From NCBI GenBank assembly GCA_051362555.1, contig CM120644.1, forward strand, positions 11,864,567-11,928,566: 64,000 nt of DNA, in the 5' to 3' direction. Below the pieces are notes generated by a model. That model was not told where the DNA came from and did not search any database. It worked only from the letters and a program-made list of their open reading frames with translations. Positions 52,301 to 64,000 of the stretch are shown one piece after another. Position numbers and translations under genes: made by a program. The DNA comes from Lingula anatina. Taxonomy: Eukaryota > Animalia > Brachiopoda. The number at the start of each line of letters is the position of its first letter. The first letter of the stretch is position 1.

Positions 52301-53255
52301 AAAACATAACCGCACAAATGGAAAATGAAGACCATAAAGTGTCGCGACAAGCCATTTACTATGTGTTAAAGAAATACGACGAAGAGAAGGTCGTGCATCA
52401 GGCTACTAAACTAGCAACACATGTAATAAAGGTAATGAGACATTGATATTTATTTGATGTATTAGCTATTTATAATTTTCCATTTTAACTACGCTTTTGT
52501 TGATCGTGACTTACTATCATCAAATAAAATTGTTATACGTGTTTTAAAACTAAGCCTGATTTGTTCTTCAGAGTTTTGTTCTAATATTCGACTTGCCTTT
52601 ACTCGAGTCTTCTGTTGCAGTTGATACATAACCCGGTATTGTTTGCTCGTGTCGATAGCAGTCTCTTTGCATCAGCTATAATAGAAACCTTACGTGAGGC
52701 AATTAAGAAGGGGCAGACCGTGTTCGTTGAACCGACTAATTTGGGTGTCCGATAAGGATTGCTTGGGGATTCCCTACCCTGTAATTATCATATGGCCTCT
52801 ATTGTTCGACCATATGGGGCAGGGTTGGGAAACCATACGGCCATTTGGTAAGGGGACATTCCGGCGGCATGTTCATTTGTCTTTTTTTATGTATTCACTT
52901 CATGCCATCCTTCAAGTACTTAAATTTTTTCATGAATAACTTTTTATTTTACTGTTCATGATGCATAACTTTTCTTTTTTGACTATTATACTTAATCCTT
53001 TCAATTTTGGTATCAATGATTTTTTGTTTTACAACACTTTCATTTTTTTTATTCGACCCTACTTCCCATATTTTTACATTTAAAAGGTTTTATTTCTTCG
53101 TTGACTTCGCACATCTCTGTTCAATTAAAATATCTCTCTCTTTCTCATCATTCCATGAAAAATGCGCTGTACCTACCTTGTGACGTCACATCCCTCACAG
53201 CGAGCAACAACCCGACGCTAAGTAAAGCCCAAAGTGAATTACGATAAGCAGCCAT
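40312..53255 (-). CDS. Secreted protein: signal peptide + PAN/apple-like domain + micro-exon-encoded Pro/Gly/hydrophobic linker + Thr-rich tract + C-terminal twin CX3C; ~264 aa, 14 exons
   Basis: Minus-strand exons: 53255-53177 (MAAYRNSLWALLSVGLLLAVRDVTSQ), 50821-50686 + 49185-49091 (CTMNCGGNGNCFAIDFDTATTTCYFH..CP), 48379-48332, 46747-46727, 46425-46399, 45446-45423, 45246-45223, 45021-44968, 44721-44686, 42618-42604, 41517-41500, 41222-41128 (PSTATTTTTPATTTTTAS), 40434-40312 (CLSNCRRLPTSFQSRCQELCMRKRK*). All introns are GT-AG and the 795-nt total is open throughout. Confidence 0.82.
40644..40945. mobile_element. Foldback PIF/Harbinger-like MITE (~130-bp arms)
   Basis: GGCCGCATTCACATCGAGTTGAGCCATGG...CCATGGCTCAACTCGATGTGAATGCGGCC; same family as 57390-57935; lies in the last intron of the minus-strand gene. 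Confidence 0.85.
42010..42463. mobile_element. Kolobok-like MITE
   Basis: TTCA|AGGTCACCTCCATGGGACTTTTCCG ... CGGAAAAATCCCATGGAGTGTCCCT|TTAA imperfect TIRs. Confidence 0.6.
43769..43940. mobile_element. Near-perfect 172-bp hairpin, probable Penelope-like pLTR inversion
   Basis: 78-bp arms with 2 mismatches and a 16-nt loop; contains a minimal hammerhead motif on the minus strand. Confidence 0.65.
43824..43861 (-). ncRNA. Minimal type-I hammerhead ribozyme motif (Penelope-type) with core variant CCGAAGA
   Basis: Minus strand AATCC-CCGAAGA-A-GGCC(CAGG)GGCC-GAA-AGCT-C-GGATT: stem I AATCC/GGATT, stem II GGCC/GGCC, palindromic AGCT at stem III. Confidence 0.6.
44482..44662. repeat. Compound (CATA)n microsatellite with a 56-bp higher-order repeat
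   Basis: CATA arrays interrupted by TAGCC and TAAA; the block at ~44500-44560 is repeated at ~44560-44620. Confidence 0.9.
50145..50317. mobile_element. MITE, CAGGCCCGTAGCC family, 5-bp TSD
   Basis: CAGGCCCGTAGCC...GGCTACGGGCCTG perfect 13-bp TIR; TSD AAAAT/AAAAT. Confidence 0.8.
51465..51805 (-). CDS. BEN-domain exon (probably transposon-derived) inside intron 1 of the PAN micro-exon gene
   Basis: SSPGNFCVQLMGRLFTIDER..NVTGVDGRDPICKYRQNYIK..FWKKCISSMNKANR fits the BEN pattern. Acceptor gctttttgtcctacag before 51805, stop at 51465, AATAAA at 51431-51426. Confidence 0.65.
52237..52446 (+). mobile_element. Helix-turn-helix N-terminus of a Tc1/IS630-like transposase (fragment)
   Basis: MPLSDYVRLRFIALREQGVRIKNITAQMENEDHKVSRQAIYYVLKKY resembles the paired-like HTH; TATAAA at 52202. 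No catalytic domain follows. Confidence 0.55.
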
Positions 53256-54056
53256 GTTCACAGATATCACCGAAACTTCAAAAAACCGAAGGTAAAACAC
53301 CTTAATCACAACAATGTGCCTTTTGTCTCTTTCTTTCTCTTAATCCTTTAGTTCCCTCTCGGCCTCCGCGAGAGCGTTCGACTGTGTCTTGCAGGTCCAG
53401 ACACTAAAGAACCTTCTGATCTTCGCGTTGCACCCAAAGTGTTTTGAAGTGATACGATCCCACTTTTATGCAGTTTCACGTTTCAATTTCGGGGCTAGTA
53501 TAATAAAACGGTGTGGCCCCGGTAATGGATATGCTTCTGATTAAGGTGATATCTACCCATTTTTAATTGCAAACCTTTGAGCTCTGCCTCTTTTTATGGT
53601 TCCTTGGCAGCGTCGTAGGCCCTTCGTTATTGCTTTGCTACCTCAGGGCAATACTTCTGTCCACTGTAACACGTTCTATTTCCTTTCTATGTAAATGGAA
53701 AAGGACGTCTTAGTTGCCCAGGGTGACACTTAAATTTTAATTACGGAAGCGACCCAAGACTTGCATTTTCAATCACTAGCTCATAAAAAGTTAATGGTTT
53801 TCTTATAAAGCTTATGGGCCGACTTCTACAAACATGTATTTGTTACAAGGTGTCGAAGTCAACTTGGTTATGCGTTACTTCAACGTATGGATCAATTGGA
53901 GCATACTATTTTGTTTAGAATGTTTATTTTAAAAATAGCTAGCTGTTAGTTACGTTTCCAGTCACAAATTTGACTTAAAGACATATCTTTTAAACAGTGG
54001 CATGTTAAAAGAAGCTTTCACTAGGTGTCTTGTCCAATGGCTTTTTCTTTTACCTA

Positions 54057-54089
<33 letters not shown>

Positions 54090-54512
54090 GGAATCTATGT
54101 GTTTCTTCGTTCATTTTTCTGCCTATGGTGACTCTCAGGGGACTTAAGTGTCAACATAAAAAAGACAACGCTTTTGAGTCACGTGTACTGCATTTTGATG
54201 GGAAACATTATAAACATTGGTTACCTTTTTATGTGCGTGGCAGTGATCTCAGCACAATTCTATAGTAAAGATACCTTACCGTTGGATTTATCTGGGGAAA
54301 AGTTTATTCATATTTTCGTTTATCGATTCGACCAGTTAAAAGACGCAGAGGTCACGCATGTCACCTTTGGACTTAATTCACATACATGTCGCAGGAAACA
54401 GGAAATGTCCGCCTGCGTCATGACCAGATGTCGGACGCCTTTTGTCAGTCGAAATCGAATCCATCTAATTACATTTGTAAACTGCAGAATTTTAGGTTTA
54501 CATTGTTAACTT

Positions 54513-55140
54513 ATGATTATATTCCTTCAGCACCTTAAGCGTGCAGGCCTTACAACTGATGACCTAGTAACTTATTACCAGACGGTCATAAGGCCAGTTT
54601 TGGAATATGCTGCCCCTGTCTGGCACTTTGGATTAACAAATGAATTGAATGCCTTAGTAGAAAAGTCTCAAGAAAGAGCTCTTAAGATAATTTATCCTGA
54701 ACTTGAATATGACGCTGCTTGTGAACATAGTAAACTTGAACTACTGAGTGAAAGACGGATCAATGCATGCAAAAAATTGTTTATTAGTATATCAAATGAA
54801 CCGGATCATAGACTGTATTATCTCTTGCAACCAAAACACAATGCTAAATTAATCATTGAGGGAACAGGAAACTTTTAAAAGACCAAAAATAAACCAAACG
54901 ATCAATGAGTGACTTTTTAACAAGTGCCATATACAAGTTTCAGAATTAACTGATAGACCTTTATTCTTTTTTTTAACCTTGCATTTTAGATATTTTGTTT
55001 TAAATTTGCTTACATATGTCTTTTAATATCCCTTTGTTCTTACTTACTAATGGTTTTATCCGACTGTGATGCAATGATTGTAATTATCCAACCCTCGGGT
55101 TGCAAATTTGGTAATAATAATAATAATAATAAATAATAAA
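54513..55140 (+). mobile_element. 5'-truncated non-LTR retrotransposon (L2/CR1 group) 3' end
   Basis: LKRAGLTTDDLVTYYQTVIRPVLEYAAPVWH..VEKSQERALKII (post-RT region), 3' stem-loop CAACCCTCGGGTTG and (TAA)n tail. Confidence 0.85.
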
Positions 55141-55766
55141 TTAGTTAATGAATTAGTTATATTAAAGATTCGGGTAGCCTGAAGATGAATATGGTGTATA
55201 CGGCGTATAGACGGATGACTTGTGTTTAATTACTAGACAGATTTGATAGATGCAATTAAACAGGCACTAAAGTAAAATTGCTACAAATGCGCGGAGGGTA
55301 TTTTAGTGTGCTACTGCTATCAATATAAGTGAATTTCCGGTGCAAAAGCATCTTGGACAGCGTTTTTTTAAACTTATGACTAGGGTCCAAGATAGGATCC
55401 TAGCTCATGACAGCCGCACAATGAAGAGGTAGCATAATAATTTATAAATCACACTTCACAACTGATAACCAACCGACACAACTGATTATACATGTGTCTA
55501 AAACATAAAATGTTCAAATCAGCTATTTTGTCGTTGCTTGTAAAAGATATCCAAATTCAATATGGAGCAATATGGTAATTCCTACAGGGATCACTGGCAT
55601 TGAAATGGTCAAGGTTCTTGTAAACCAGTCCAGGTACAGTGGTTTGCGTGAATGAAGAAGATAAAATTTGTGGCGGGCAATAAGGTAATGTTGTCAAAAC
55701 GCGATTTTATTTCGATTCTCTGGAGATTAATAATTCACCCCGCTGTCTTCATAGTGGTGTGCTGTT

Positions 55767-55801
<35 letters not shown>

Positions 55802-56336
55802 TGGACATCACATCTTCCCGCTCGATAATCCAAGTATTAGAATTATGCATAGTATGTCCTTACTGTATGACAAATAGTCTAAATTGTTCACAAATTCCAA
55901 TGACTTTTATGGCCGTCTAAAAGGGCCCGGCGGCCCAAGGGAATGGGTTCTGAATAATGAATCTTTGGTGCGCGGTCGGAAACGGCCTCGGTAAAAAAAT
56001 TATAATTTTTATCACGGAGCGTCGAGTGGCACATTAACAATATACACAGGTTAGAAAAATGTTAATTTTAATTAAACAATGTAAATACATATTAACTTCT
56101 CATTTATAAGCACTTTGCATGGATAAAGTTTCGATATGGGTCTTTATGACGGTGAAACAAGATCAAATTCTCAAGTTCAAGGTCGTTGTATTCACAACTG
56201 AAATAGTCATGTCAGCGGAGAATGCACTGCATCAGGTCAAATACTTTAAAAGATAAAAATTATTTTCTTCTTAGTTATCAAAGTTTTGATTGATCTCTGA
56301 AAATTGAGTCTGGTCAGTCCTCCTGATGTACGTGTA

Positions 56337-56690
56337 TAACCTAATTAGCCAATTAGGACGCAATCAGAACAAGTTCATCATTGGACTAACCTAATTAGCC
56401 AATTAGGACGCATTCAGAACAAGTTCATCATTGGACTAACCTAATTAGCCAATTAGGACGCATTCAGAACAAGTTCATCATTGGACTAACCTAATTAGCC
56501 AATTAGGACGCATTCAGAACAAGTTCATCATTGGACTAACCTAATTAGCCAATTAGGGCGCATTCAGAACAAGTTCATCATTGGACTAACCTAATTAGCC
56601 AATTAGGGCGCATTCAGAACAAGTTCATCATTGGACTAACCTAATTAGCCAATTAGGGCGCATTCAGAACAAGTTCATCCGTGGACTAAC
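56337..56690. repeat. 50-bp minisatellite, 7 copies
   Basis: TAACCTAATTAGCCAATTAGG(A/G)CGCATTCAGAACAAGTTCATCATTGGAC at 56337, 56387 ... 56637. Confidence 0.97.
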
Positions 56691-57216
56691 AGATCAAAAA
56701 TGACCGTGAACTAACAGATCAAATAAGCGTAGGTGAAAAACTTTGTTTAGGGCCTTCTTTATAAAGATCTAACCCTCATGCTTCTAACCCGTGACTTCGC
56801 GCTGGCCCAGGAGGTATTGACCATTACAATATATCTGTGTTTATTATCTGCCTTGTCATATATATTTCTTATCTTAGTATATTCGTAAAACTTTTTGTTG
56901 CTTCGTACAACGGTATAACCTCATTCTATCCAGGAAAAAGAGAAAATATATTTCAACCCTTTACCCCCAAGACCTGGTAACTATGCAAGTAAAAACTAGC
57001 GGTCGTCGTCAACCCTACTTTCTCGCACCGGTACATACTGTTCATACGGAAAGCTGTGAGTTCGAACCCGTGGAAATGGATAAATTACCCTTTGCTTAAA
57101 CAAGTCAATAGACCCTTTTAATCTTTTTGATTACAAGACAGTATTTCGAACGCTCGAAGAATCTAAGTTTGTTTACAGTACGTCCAGGCCTTATAAATAG
57201 ATTAGGCGTTTACTAA

Positions 57217-57382
57217 CACTACACGCAGATATTTAACACTAACGCCCATATTAACTACCAAACCCACGGATTAACCAACACACCGTTCAATTATTTAGCA
57301 CCAACAAAGCGATAACTAGCATTCATCCGCTCTGGTAGTGCTGTTTAATATGGGTGTTGGTGCTAAAATATCTGCGGTAGTG
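57217..57382. mobile_element. MITE with CACTAC termini and 7-bp TSD
   Basis: CACTACACGCAGATATTT...AAATATCTGCGGTAGTG; TTACTAA on both sides (57210-57216 and 57383-57389). Confidence 0.75.
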
Positions 57383-57389
57383 TTACTAA

Positions 57390-57935
57390 GAGCGCATTCT
57401 CAACGAATTAAGCCAGGCTTTACAAAGCCGGTGACCTAAAAATGGCGGACGTACATGAAAGAAAAACCGCCTAATCTTTTAATAGTCTCTCCGCCTCTCA
57501 CACGCCTCCCCACACGTCGTCCCTGCGGGGTACAGTAATTAAATCTCGGCTCCGAACATTAATATTTCCGTGAATATCTCTGGTGATATTATCTCCGTAG
57601 ATAGTCGATTCATTGCTGCTCTACGGGCCAAATTATTCCTTTTTCGTCTCTGTTTTCAAAGATAATAGAACAGAAGAGCTTTTTTCCTTCGATCGCCTTC
57701 AGCCGCCATGCTTTCTTCACCACGAGTTTAACTGATGAGCATGCGCACTTAATATTTCTCAGGTAGCTTCCGCATGGCGAACGGAGCCGAGATTTAATTA
57801 CTGTACCCCGCAGGGACGACAAGTGGGGAGGCGGAGAGACTATTAAAAGATTAGGCGGTTTTTCTTTCATGTACCTCCGCCATTTTTAGGTCACCGGCTT
57901 TGTAAAGCCTGGCTTAATTCGTTGAGAATGCGCAC
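57390..57935. mobile_element. PIF/Harbinger-like non-autonomous element (~165-bp TIRs)
   Basis: GAGCGCATTCTCAACGAATTAAGCC...GGCTTAATTCGTTGAGAATGCGCAC; TAA/TTA flanks; arms homologous to 40644-40945. Confidence 0.85.
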
Positions 57936-58505
57936 TTAGTAAACGCCTTATCCGTTTATAAGGCCTGACGTCCAACTGACGTGACCCTAAACGCGTTTTG
58001 CAGAAAAATGTACTCCTCATCGCCTTAAAATTGCATTTTCCACCTTCTTATAAAGACTCATGTCAACGCCCTTATTTTAAACGGAATTACTAGTAATTCA
58101 GTGGATTTACCTCGCTTGCATATACTGTATATTGCGAGATACATGTAAACTTTGTGGGTAGACCATTAAGACTTTACCAAGGGAGGTCAGTCTGTCTTAA
58201 AGGTAAATGCCCCCCAAATTGTAAGGCGTTGATCAATTTTTCTATATCGAACGCTAGGTTCGCGTTGGGTAATATCTGAATATTAATTGCGTCTTTTTAC
58301 TGTTCATTCCATTAATGTCAACAAAACGTTAAGGAGCGTTCGAATGAGATCGAAGTGTATTTGCAGTTAGATATCGATCGTTGCTTTATTCCCCTGTGAG
58401 GTCCTTGAGGAGTGAACGTTTGGATGTTTGCTGGACAGTGCTCAATTTTAAACCTTTAAAAATTCAAGATATCAGCGCCCAATATTTGTTGTAAAACTAA
58501 GCACA

Positions 58506-58839
58506 ATGAATGCGCGAGTCATCGTCCTCGTGTGCTTCATCGGTTTGTCGCTTCATCGAGTCGTCTCAACTGGCGATTCGAGCGCAAAAAGCAACCGCTT
58601 TCTCTTCTCGGCAACAGGATTAGCCAGCGGGACCTCTCTGTCTGTTCTGAAGGACTCCGAGGCATCCAGTTTGACTGACTGTACCCGGCAATGTTCTGAA
58701 AACCATGAACTGTGTTCGGTTTCGGCGATCGCCAGCGGCCAGGGAGTTCGTCAGTGTATTACCTACAGTAACACCCGAGTGGTTGGAACAGTGGGAGAGG
58801 TGGCGGCAAACTGGACTGTGGCAGAAAATTTCACTGATG

Positions 58840-58881
<42 letters not shown>

Positions 58882-60172
58882 CAAACGTATATATCTATAT
58901 ACATACATGTATCTTTATATACAAAAACCTGTATGGTACAGTCATCCAAATAATTCTATGTGTCAAGTTGAAACAAAGTATACGTATAGGTATACATATA
59001 GGTACATGTATTTATGTACTTTTTAAAATGTATTGAATCGTTTGAAACAAATAACTTCTCCGTGGCAGTCTCTTTTGGGTTGGTCAGACTTTGCAAAACA
59101 CCATTTTAAATTTTATGATGTAACAGCATCAAATACCTTTTTCATCAAACATAAAACGATGTTTAATATTTTCCAGGGTGATGCCTTGACAAAATGGTCC
59201 TATGCTTTAGGTAAGTCAAGACAAGTGCTCGTTAAAACCTGCGTCCAATTTTTATTTTTAGTGGGTGAGGCAAAAAATGATTACTGGACATGGCCGGCAG
59301 AAGGGCCACCAAAGATATTTCGTTTGAAATTGGCCTAATCTGATGTTGTTGACCCCCAAAAAAAATTAGTCCGTGAAAAGTATCACTGTTCAACTGCGTT
59401 TGTATTTACAATTCACCCCTGTTGTCGGGAATTTTAAGTAAGAAAATTACAATTTGGACTCTTCAGCACGAAGAAGAATCCTGATTTGTCACGATTACAA
59501 CTGAAATTTGAGATTAAGTATCAGTTTGATAATAAGGTTGGTAAGGGGTCATCTATTTTATCATCGTTTTCACAAGTTTACAAAGCTCACGCTGAGGGGG
59601 GGTCAATGCCCTCCGTAACCTTTAGAAAAATAGTAAAAATAATGATCCAAATTGCTGTCAGAGGTCATCGTTTTTAGCATATCACCTTGTACTCTCTTAA
59701 AGAGTGGAGGAGAGGTCTGGGAAAAGCCTACAATTTGTACACTTGTGGAAATGCAAAAAATTGAAGACACCTAAAGTGGAGAGTTCTTTCAAGACCTTTG
59801 AACCAAAATTTCAGACAATACCCCACCCCCCACCCCTGTCTCACCCGACTAACAACATACAGCATACACAACATACACCCGACGTACAGCATTGATGGAG
59901 TGTAATCTTTTAACCTTATTATCAATATAATCCATTTCAGACTGTAGTGAGTTGTACTCCCGCGGTTTCACCACGGACGGGCAATACTTGATCCGCCCGG
60001 ACCCCTCGCAGCCTGTGGTGAAGGTTTGGTGTGATATGACAGACTCCCCGGGAGGCTGGACGGTGTTCTTTAAACGTTACGATGACTCTGTGAATTTTCA
60101 CTCACACAACTGGGCGGGTGAGTGCAAACGTGCTGTGTCACCTTTACAGTTTCCTTCCCTTTTTCACTCTCT

Positions 60173-60229
<57 letters not shown>

Positions 60230-60325
60230 ATTTAAATATGCATGTATAAATCATCTGTTTCTTTGTATAGGCCTTTGTATATGGTGAGTCTGCTTTGTTT
60301 TTCATATGTGTGTCTGTGTGTGGGC

Positions 60326-60367
<42 letters not shown>

Positions 60368-60816
60368 ATCAATATTCTGTGTTCCGTTGTCTAGGCTACA
60401 AAGCGGGTTTCGGCGACGCGAGCGGTGAGTACTTCATCGGCTTGGAGACGCTGCACGGCCTCACGCAGCTTGCCACTACTACACTTAAGGTGGATTTGTG
60501 GGGAAACAACAACGCGTTCAAGTATGCGGAGTACAGCTCATTTGCCGTGGGCGCAGGTAAGACGTTACTTCCATAAAATAGACAATAAACCTATATCATA
60601 AACTATGTACTACTATATGATATGTTAGTGTAATGTTCCCTGTAAAAAGATGAGTAAATAAGATTAAAGGGGAGGGGGTTGAAAGTTGAAGGTTGAAAGT
60701 TTATATTAATCACAAACTATATACTGCGATATGATATGCGAGTTTAATGTTCCATATATGAAGATTGGTAAATTAGATTGCTTGAAAAGTGTAGGGGGTG
60801 AGAGGGACACTCACAT

Positions 60817-60847
<31 letters not shown>

Positions 60848-63500
60848 TCTATTAACAGAGAACACCAATTACTTGCTGACCATCTCGGGATATCAGGCCA
60901 CGTCTACCGTCCAAGACGAGCTGGTGAACGAGGCCAATGGCATGGGCTGGACCACCTCTGACAGTGATAACGACAATTGGGGTAGGCACCCGTCCTTTAA
61001 CAATGGCGGAATTAGAGGGGGTGTCGAGGGGATCCTGACACCCCCCCCCCTTCGATTTCTGAAAAAAAATCAAACCAATGGTCCCCTCTTGAAATTAGAA
61101 TTTTGACTGGGAGGGGCGGCTTCGCATCCACGGACCCCCCCTTCAAATAATTCTGGATCCGCCCCTGTTTAAGGATATGTCACCATTTGCCCAAAACTTC
61201 TTATTTACTGCCTTACATACATTATTTCGGGTAGTAGGTAAATCTTCAGTGTTCAGTGACTAAATTAATTAACATTTACACACATGTCATCTTATGGGTG
61301 ACGTCATAATTGCAAGTTTGGTATCCGGATGATAACAAAGGGTTACAATACCCTTAATCGTTTATTTAAACAGCAAATTTTTGTTTTTCTTCGGGATCAA
61401 AATTTAAGATATTTCTTCCGATTTTATAAACCACTATATTTTTAATATTTGTTTGTCCCAATGACTGTAAAATTATTTTTGGACATTAATTTTTACCGTC
61501 AGAAAATGATTTCTAAAAAATATTTTCTGATTCAATGAATACGTGTTCATAAAGCTAGCAGTCAACCCAGGCCATTGTTTTTGTGAGTTTTTACTTATTC
61601 ATTATATGTTCAATATCAAACAGTGCAAGTGTCCTGGATCTATATATATATCTATATAATCCATATCATGAATAACACGTGAATTGTTCTGGTTATTGAC
61701 TATGGGTTTTCAGTTATTTGTCAGGCCGATCGACCAACACGAAGTCCAAACGTCAAGTATTTGTGTTGTTTTACCAATCAATGACTTTAATTAATTATGC
61801 CCTTTATCTGTTGTGATAAACGAAGAAATGAAGGTCATAATGTAGAAATAGCAATCCATTAGTTGATGGAATCGACAACTTCAGGTAAAGAATCAGAGCA
61901 TGTTTTCAACTTCCCATGGAAACATGAGGCTATGACTTTGCGTAATGTTTGCTTGCCTTGAACAGCGCAACGTCCTGATTGATATCGTCTACCGGTGACA
62001 TAACCGTCTTCATTTGTAACTAAGAACATTACATTGTTTATTATATTTTTGTATATTTGTATAATTATACATATATTGGGGGAAGGGGGGGCCGCTGCCG
62101 CTGTTCGCTGGGGGAGCGAACACTCCCCCCCCTCCCCCCTCCCCCCCCCCCCCAAAAAAAAAAAAAAAACAATTAGAAGAGAATTATGACGTTTTTAAAA
62201 GAAAAATCATTTTGAAAAAAATCGATTTTCAATAGTTTTACATATAAAATATCAACAGGACGTTAGCTGAGAGTGGTATAAATTGTCAAATCGCTTTTAT
62301 CCGGGAGATTCGGTTACCCGTACGAGGTTCGTTCTGTACCCAGAAGACTACCAGATTATCCGGGAGAGTTGACATGTATGATGCCCTTCCATGTAGCTTA
62401 TCATTGTATCGACCATTTTATCTTTTTTAGGGGGCAACTGTGCCACCCAGCGACAGGGAGGTTGGTGGTGGAATGGATGTGGCGGGGCGCACATGTTTGG
62501 TCCATTTAATATAGGTGAGCGAAGGAATGTGTATTGCGGCGGTTGAGATTCCCGTTGAACATGTGCGATTGCGTTATTTATATAGTGATTGTGGTAGTTG
62601 AGATTCTAAACGGAGACTGTGATGGCTGCAATGTGCATTTTTTAAAAACTTTTGTGTTACTCGTATCCATTGCATCTACCCGTCTGACCTGTTTAAGAAT
62701 AATGTGGCAGACAGCGTACCAGTTCATTTGTAGAATGAGGCAGATTGAATATCCTTAAATATGCTGAACAAGTAAATCTACATGATCAGGTGCCATGCTG
62801 TGGTGATATACTGTATGAAAAAAACTACAGGATATGAGAATGGTGTTTTGATTTTTCTCCTAGCCTTTGTTTCATATTTTATTGATTAATTCAGAGGCAG
62901 TGTCAATATAAATAGTTCACTGCATTTACTAGATTTATTAAACGGATAACAACTCCTCATATGAAATTCAGAATTCTACATTAAATGCAGTGTAAACAAC
63001 ACTTAGAAATACGGCGGTTATCGCAATCATTCTGAAATCTGAGCTCGCCATCGGACCACGTGGACCTTCATAGATGGCTCCCCTACCTTCTGTAAAGATA
63101 TCAAAAGACATTATTACAGAAACATACCTTTTTCAAATTAAAAAAAAAACACATCTACTAACTTTAATTGTAAAAACGGAATCTTTAACCATTGTGAAAT
63201 TGTCTTTTACCCCGAAAAATCCGTTTAATGGCGCTTTTCCTGCCAAATTGAAGAGTTGTTATCCATTCAAATGACAGCTGTCTATTATATTTTCATATCC
63301 AACTCGTCTTTTATAATGATAATACAAAAACATTGCGTTTAATTCACTTTTAAGTATCTTTGATTTGCACGTTATTATCTTTGAAATATTTGCCTCCAGG
63401 TGTTGATGCCGTAGATGGAAACTTCTATTGGAGAGGTTTCTATGGCAACAATTACGTGGGACTGCAGGCCGGTACCATGAAAATAAGAAGAGATGTGTAA
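58506..63500 (+). CDS. Fibrinogen-related protein (FReD) with N-terminal PAN/apple domain, secreted; ~338 aa, 7 exons
   Basis: Exons 58506-58841 (signal; SLTDCTRQCSENHELC PAN), 59177-59210, 59941-60117 (DCSEL..VWCDMTDSPGGWTVF), 60395-60556 (YKAGFGDASGEYFIGLE), 60859-60981 (NGMGWTTSDSDND), 62431-62514 (NCATQRQGGWWWNGC), 63400-63500 (MKIRRDV*). All introns are GT-AG and the 1017-nt total is open. Confidence 0.92.
61001..61167. mobile_element. MITE, CAGGGGCGGATCC family, 5-bp TSD
   Basis: CAATGGCGGAATT...GGATCCGCCCCTG; TSD TTTAA/TTTAA; inserted 19 nt after the FReD exon-5 donor. Confidence 0.75.
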
Positions 63501-64000
63501 TGACGTCACTTCCTGCCGGTGAAATTAGTCGGCTCAAGACAATTACTTATGACTTGACATTCAAACATTCAAGGCAGTGTTCAAATGATTGATTTTGACT
63601 ACTTGTGATCTTGTGTCCCCGTCCTGAAGCCGTTGATTTTGCAATTATATTATTTAAATCATGTTTTTTATATAAACTTAAATGTCAATTTTACCCCAAT
63701 TTCACCAAAATCCTCTCACTCCAAAGATGGTCTAAACATTCGAACTTTTACTATTACTTGGTCTACACCAGTTTAAGATTAAGCCATACCAGACCTACTC
63801 CACTGAAATAAAGTCCCTGTTGCTCTAAAACATTGGCTGATTTCATTAAATAACACTAGACCATTTCTGTTTTATCTTGGGTCAAAGTACCCGTAGACTA
63901 AGGCCCCATTCTCTTAGACTGCATTCCCACAGATTTAGATCGATCCATCTGGATCAACCTAACTCCCTGGGGGTTCACGCTAAATTGCTGTCAGCCGAGC

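Noticed and set aside
56337-56690. CRISPR-like array
   Set aside because: Units are identical end to end with no unique spacers, there are no cas genes, and the context is eukaryotic.
57733-57790. Hammerhead-like CTGATGAG...CGAAAC inside the Harbinger element
   Set aside because: A stem II is possible, but I found no NUH cleavage triplet with convincing stems I and III.

Overview
AT-rich animal genomic DNA with spliceosomal introns and microsatellites; the gene content suggests a marine lophotrochozoan, possibly an annelid (inference). I built five spliced or partial gene models by hand from GT-AG sites and phase continuity, and took two intronless CDSs from the ORF track. In order, the window holds: a ~362-bp satellite (1-5958); an orphan last exon of a tandem paralog (6619-6668); a secreted 5xEGF+2xPAN gene (8550-14603, +); two tandem intronless SMB-domain family-B (Methuselah/adhesion-like) GPCRs; a divergent C1GALT1-like gene; tRNA-Thr(CGT); a 14-exon minus-strand gene for a secreted PAN protein (40312-53255); and a PAN+fibrinogen-domain gene (58506-63500). 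Many MITEs and transposon or LINE remnants are present, some nested. Two candidates for novel systems stand out. One is the run of nine consecutive symmetric phase-1 micro-exons in the minus-strand gene, which resembles schistosome MEG architecture. The other is the satellite, in which all 16 complete units carry a recursive-splice-site-like polyY-CAG|GTARGT on the strand of the adjacent exon. No database searches or expression data were available.
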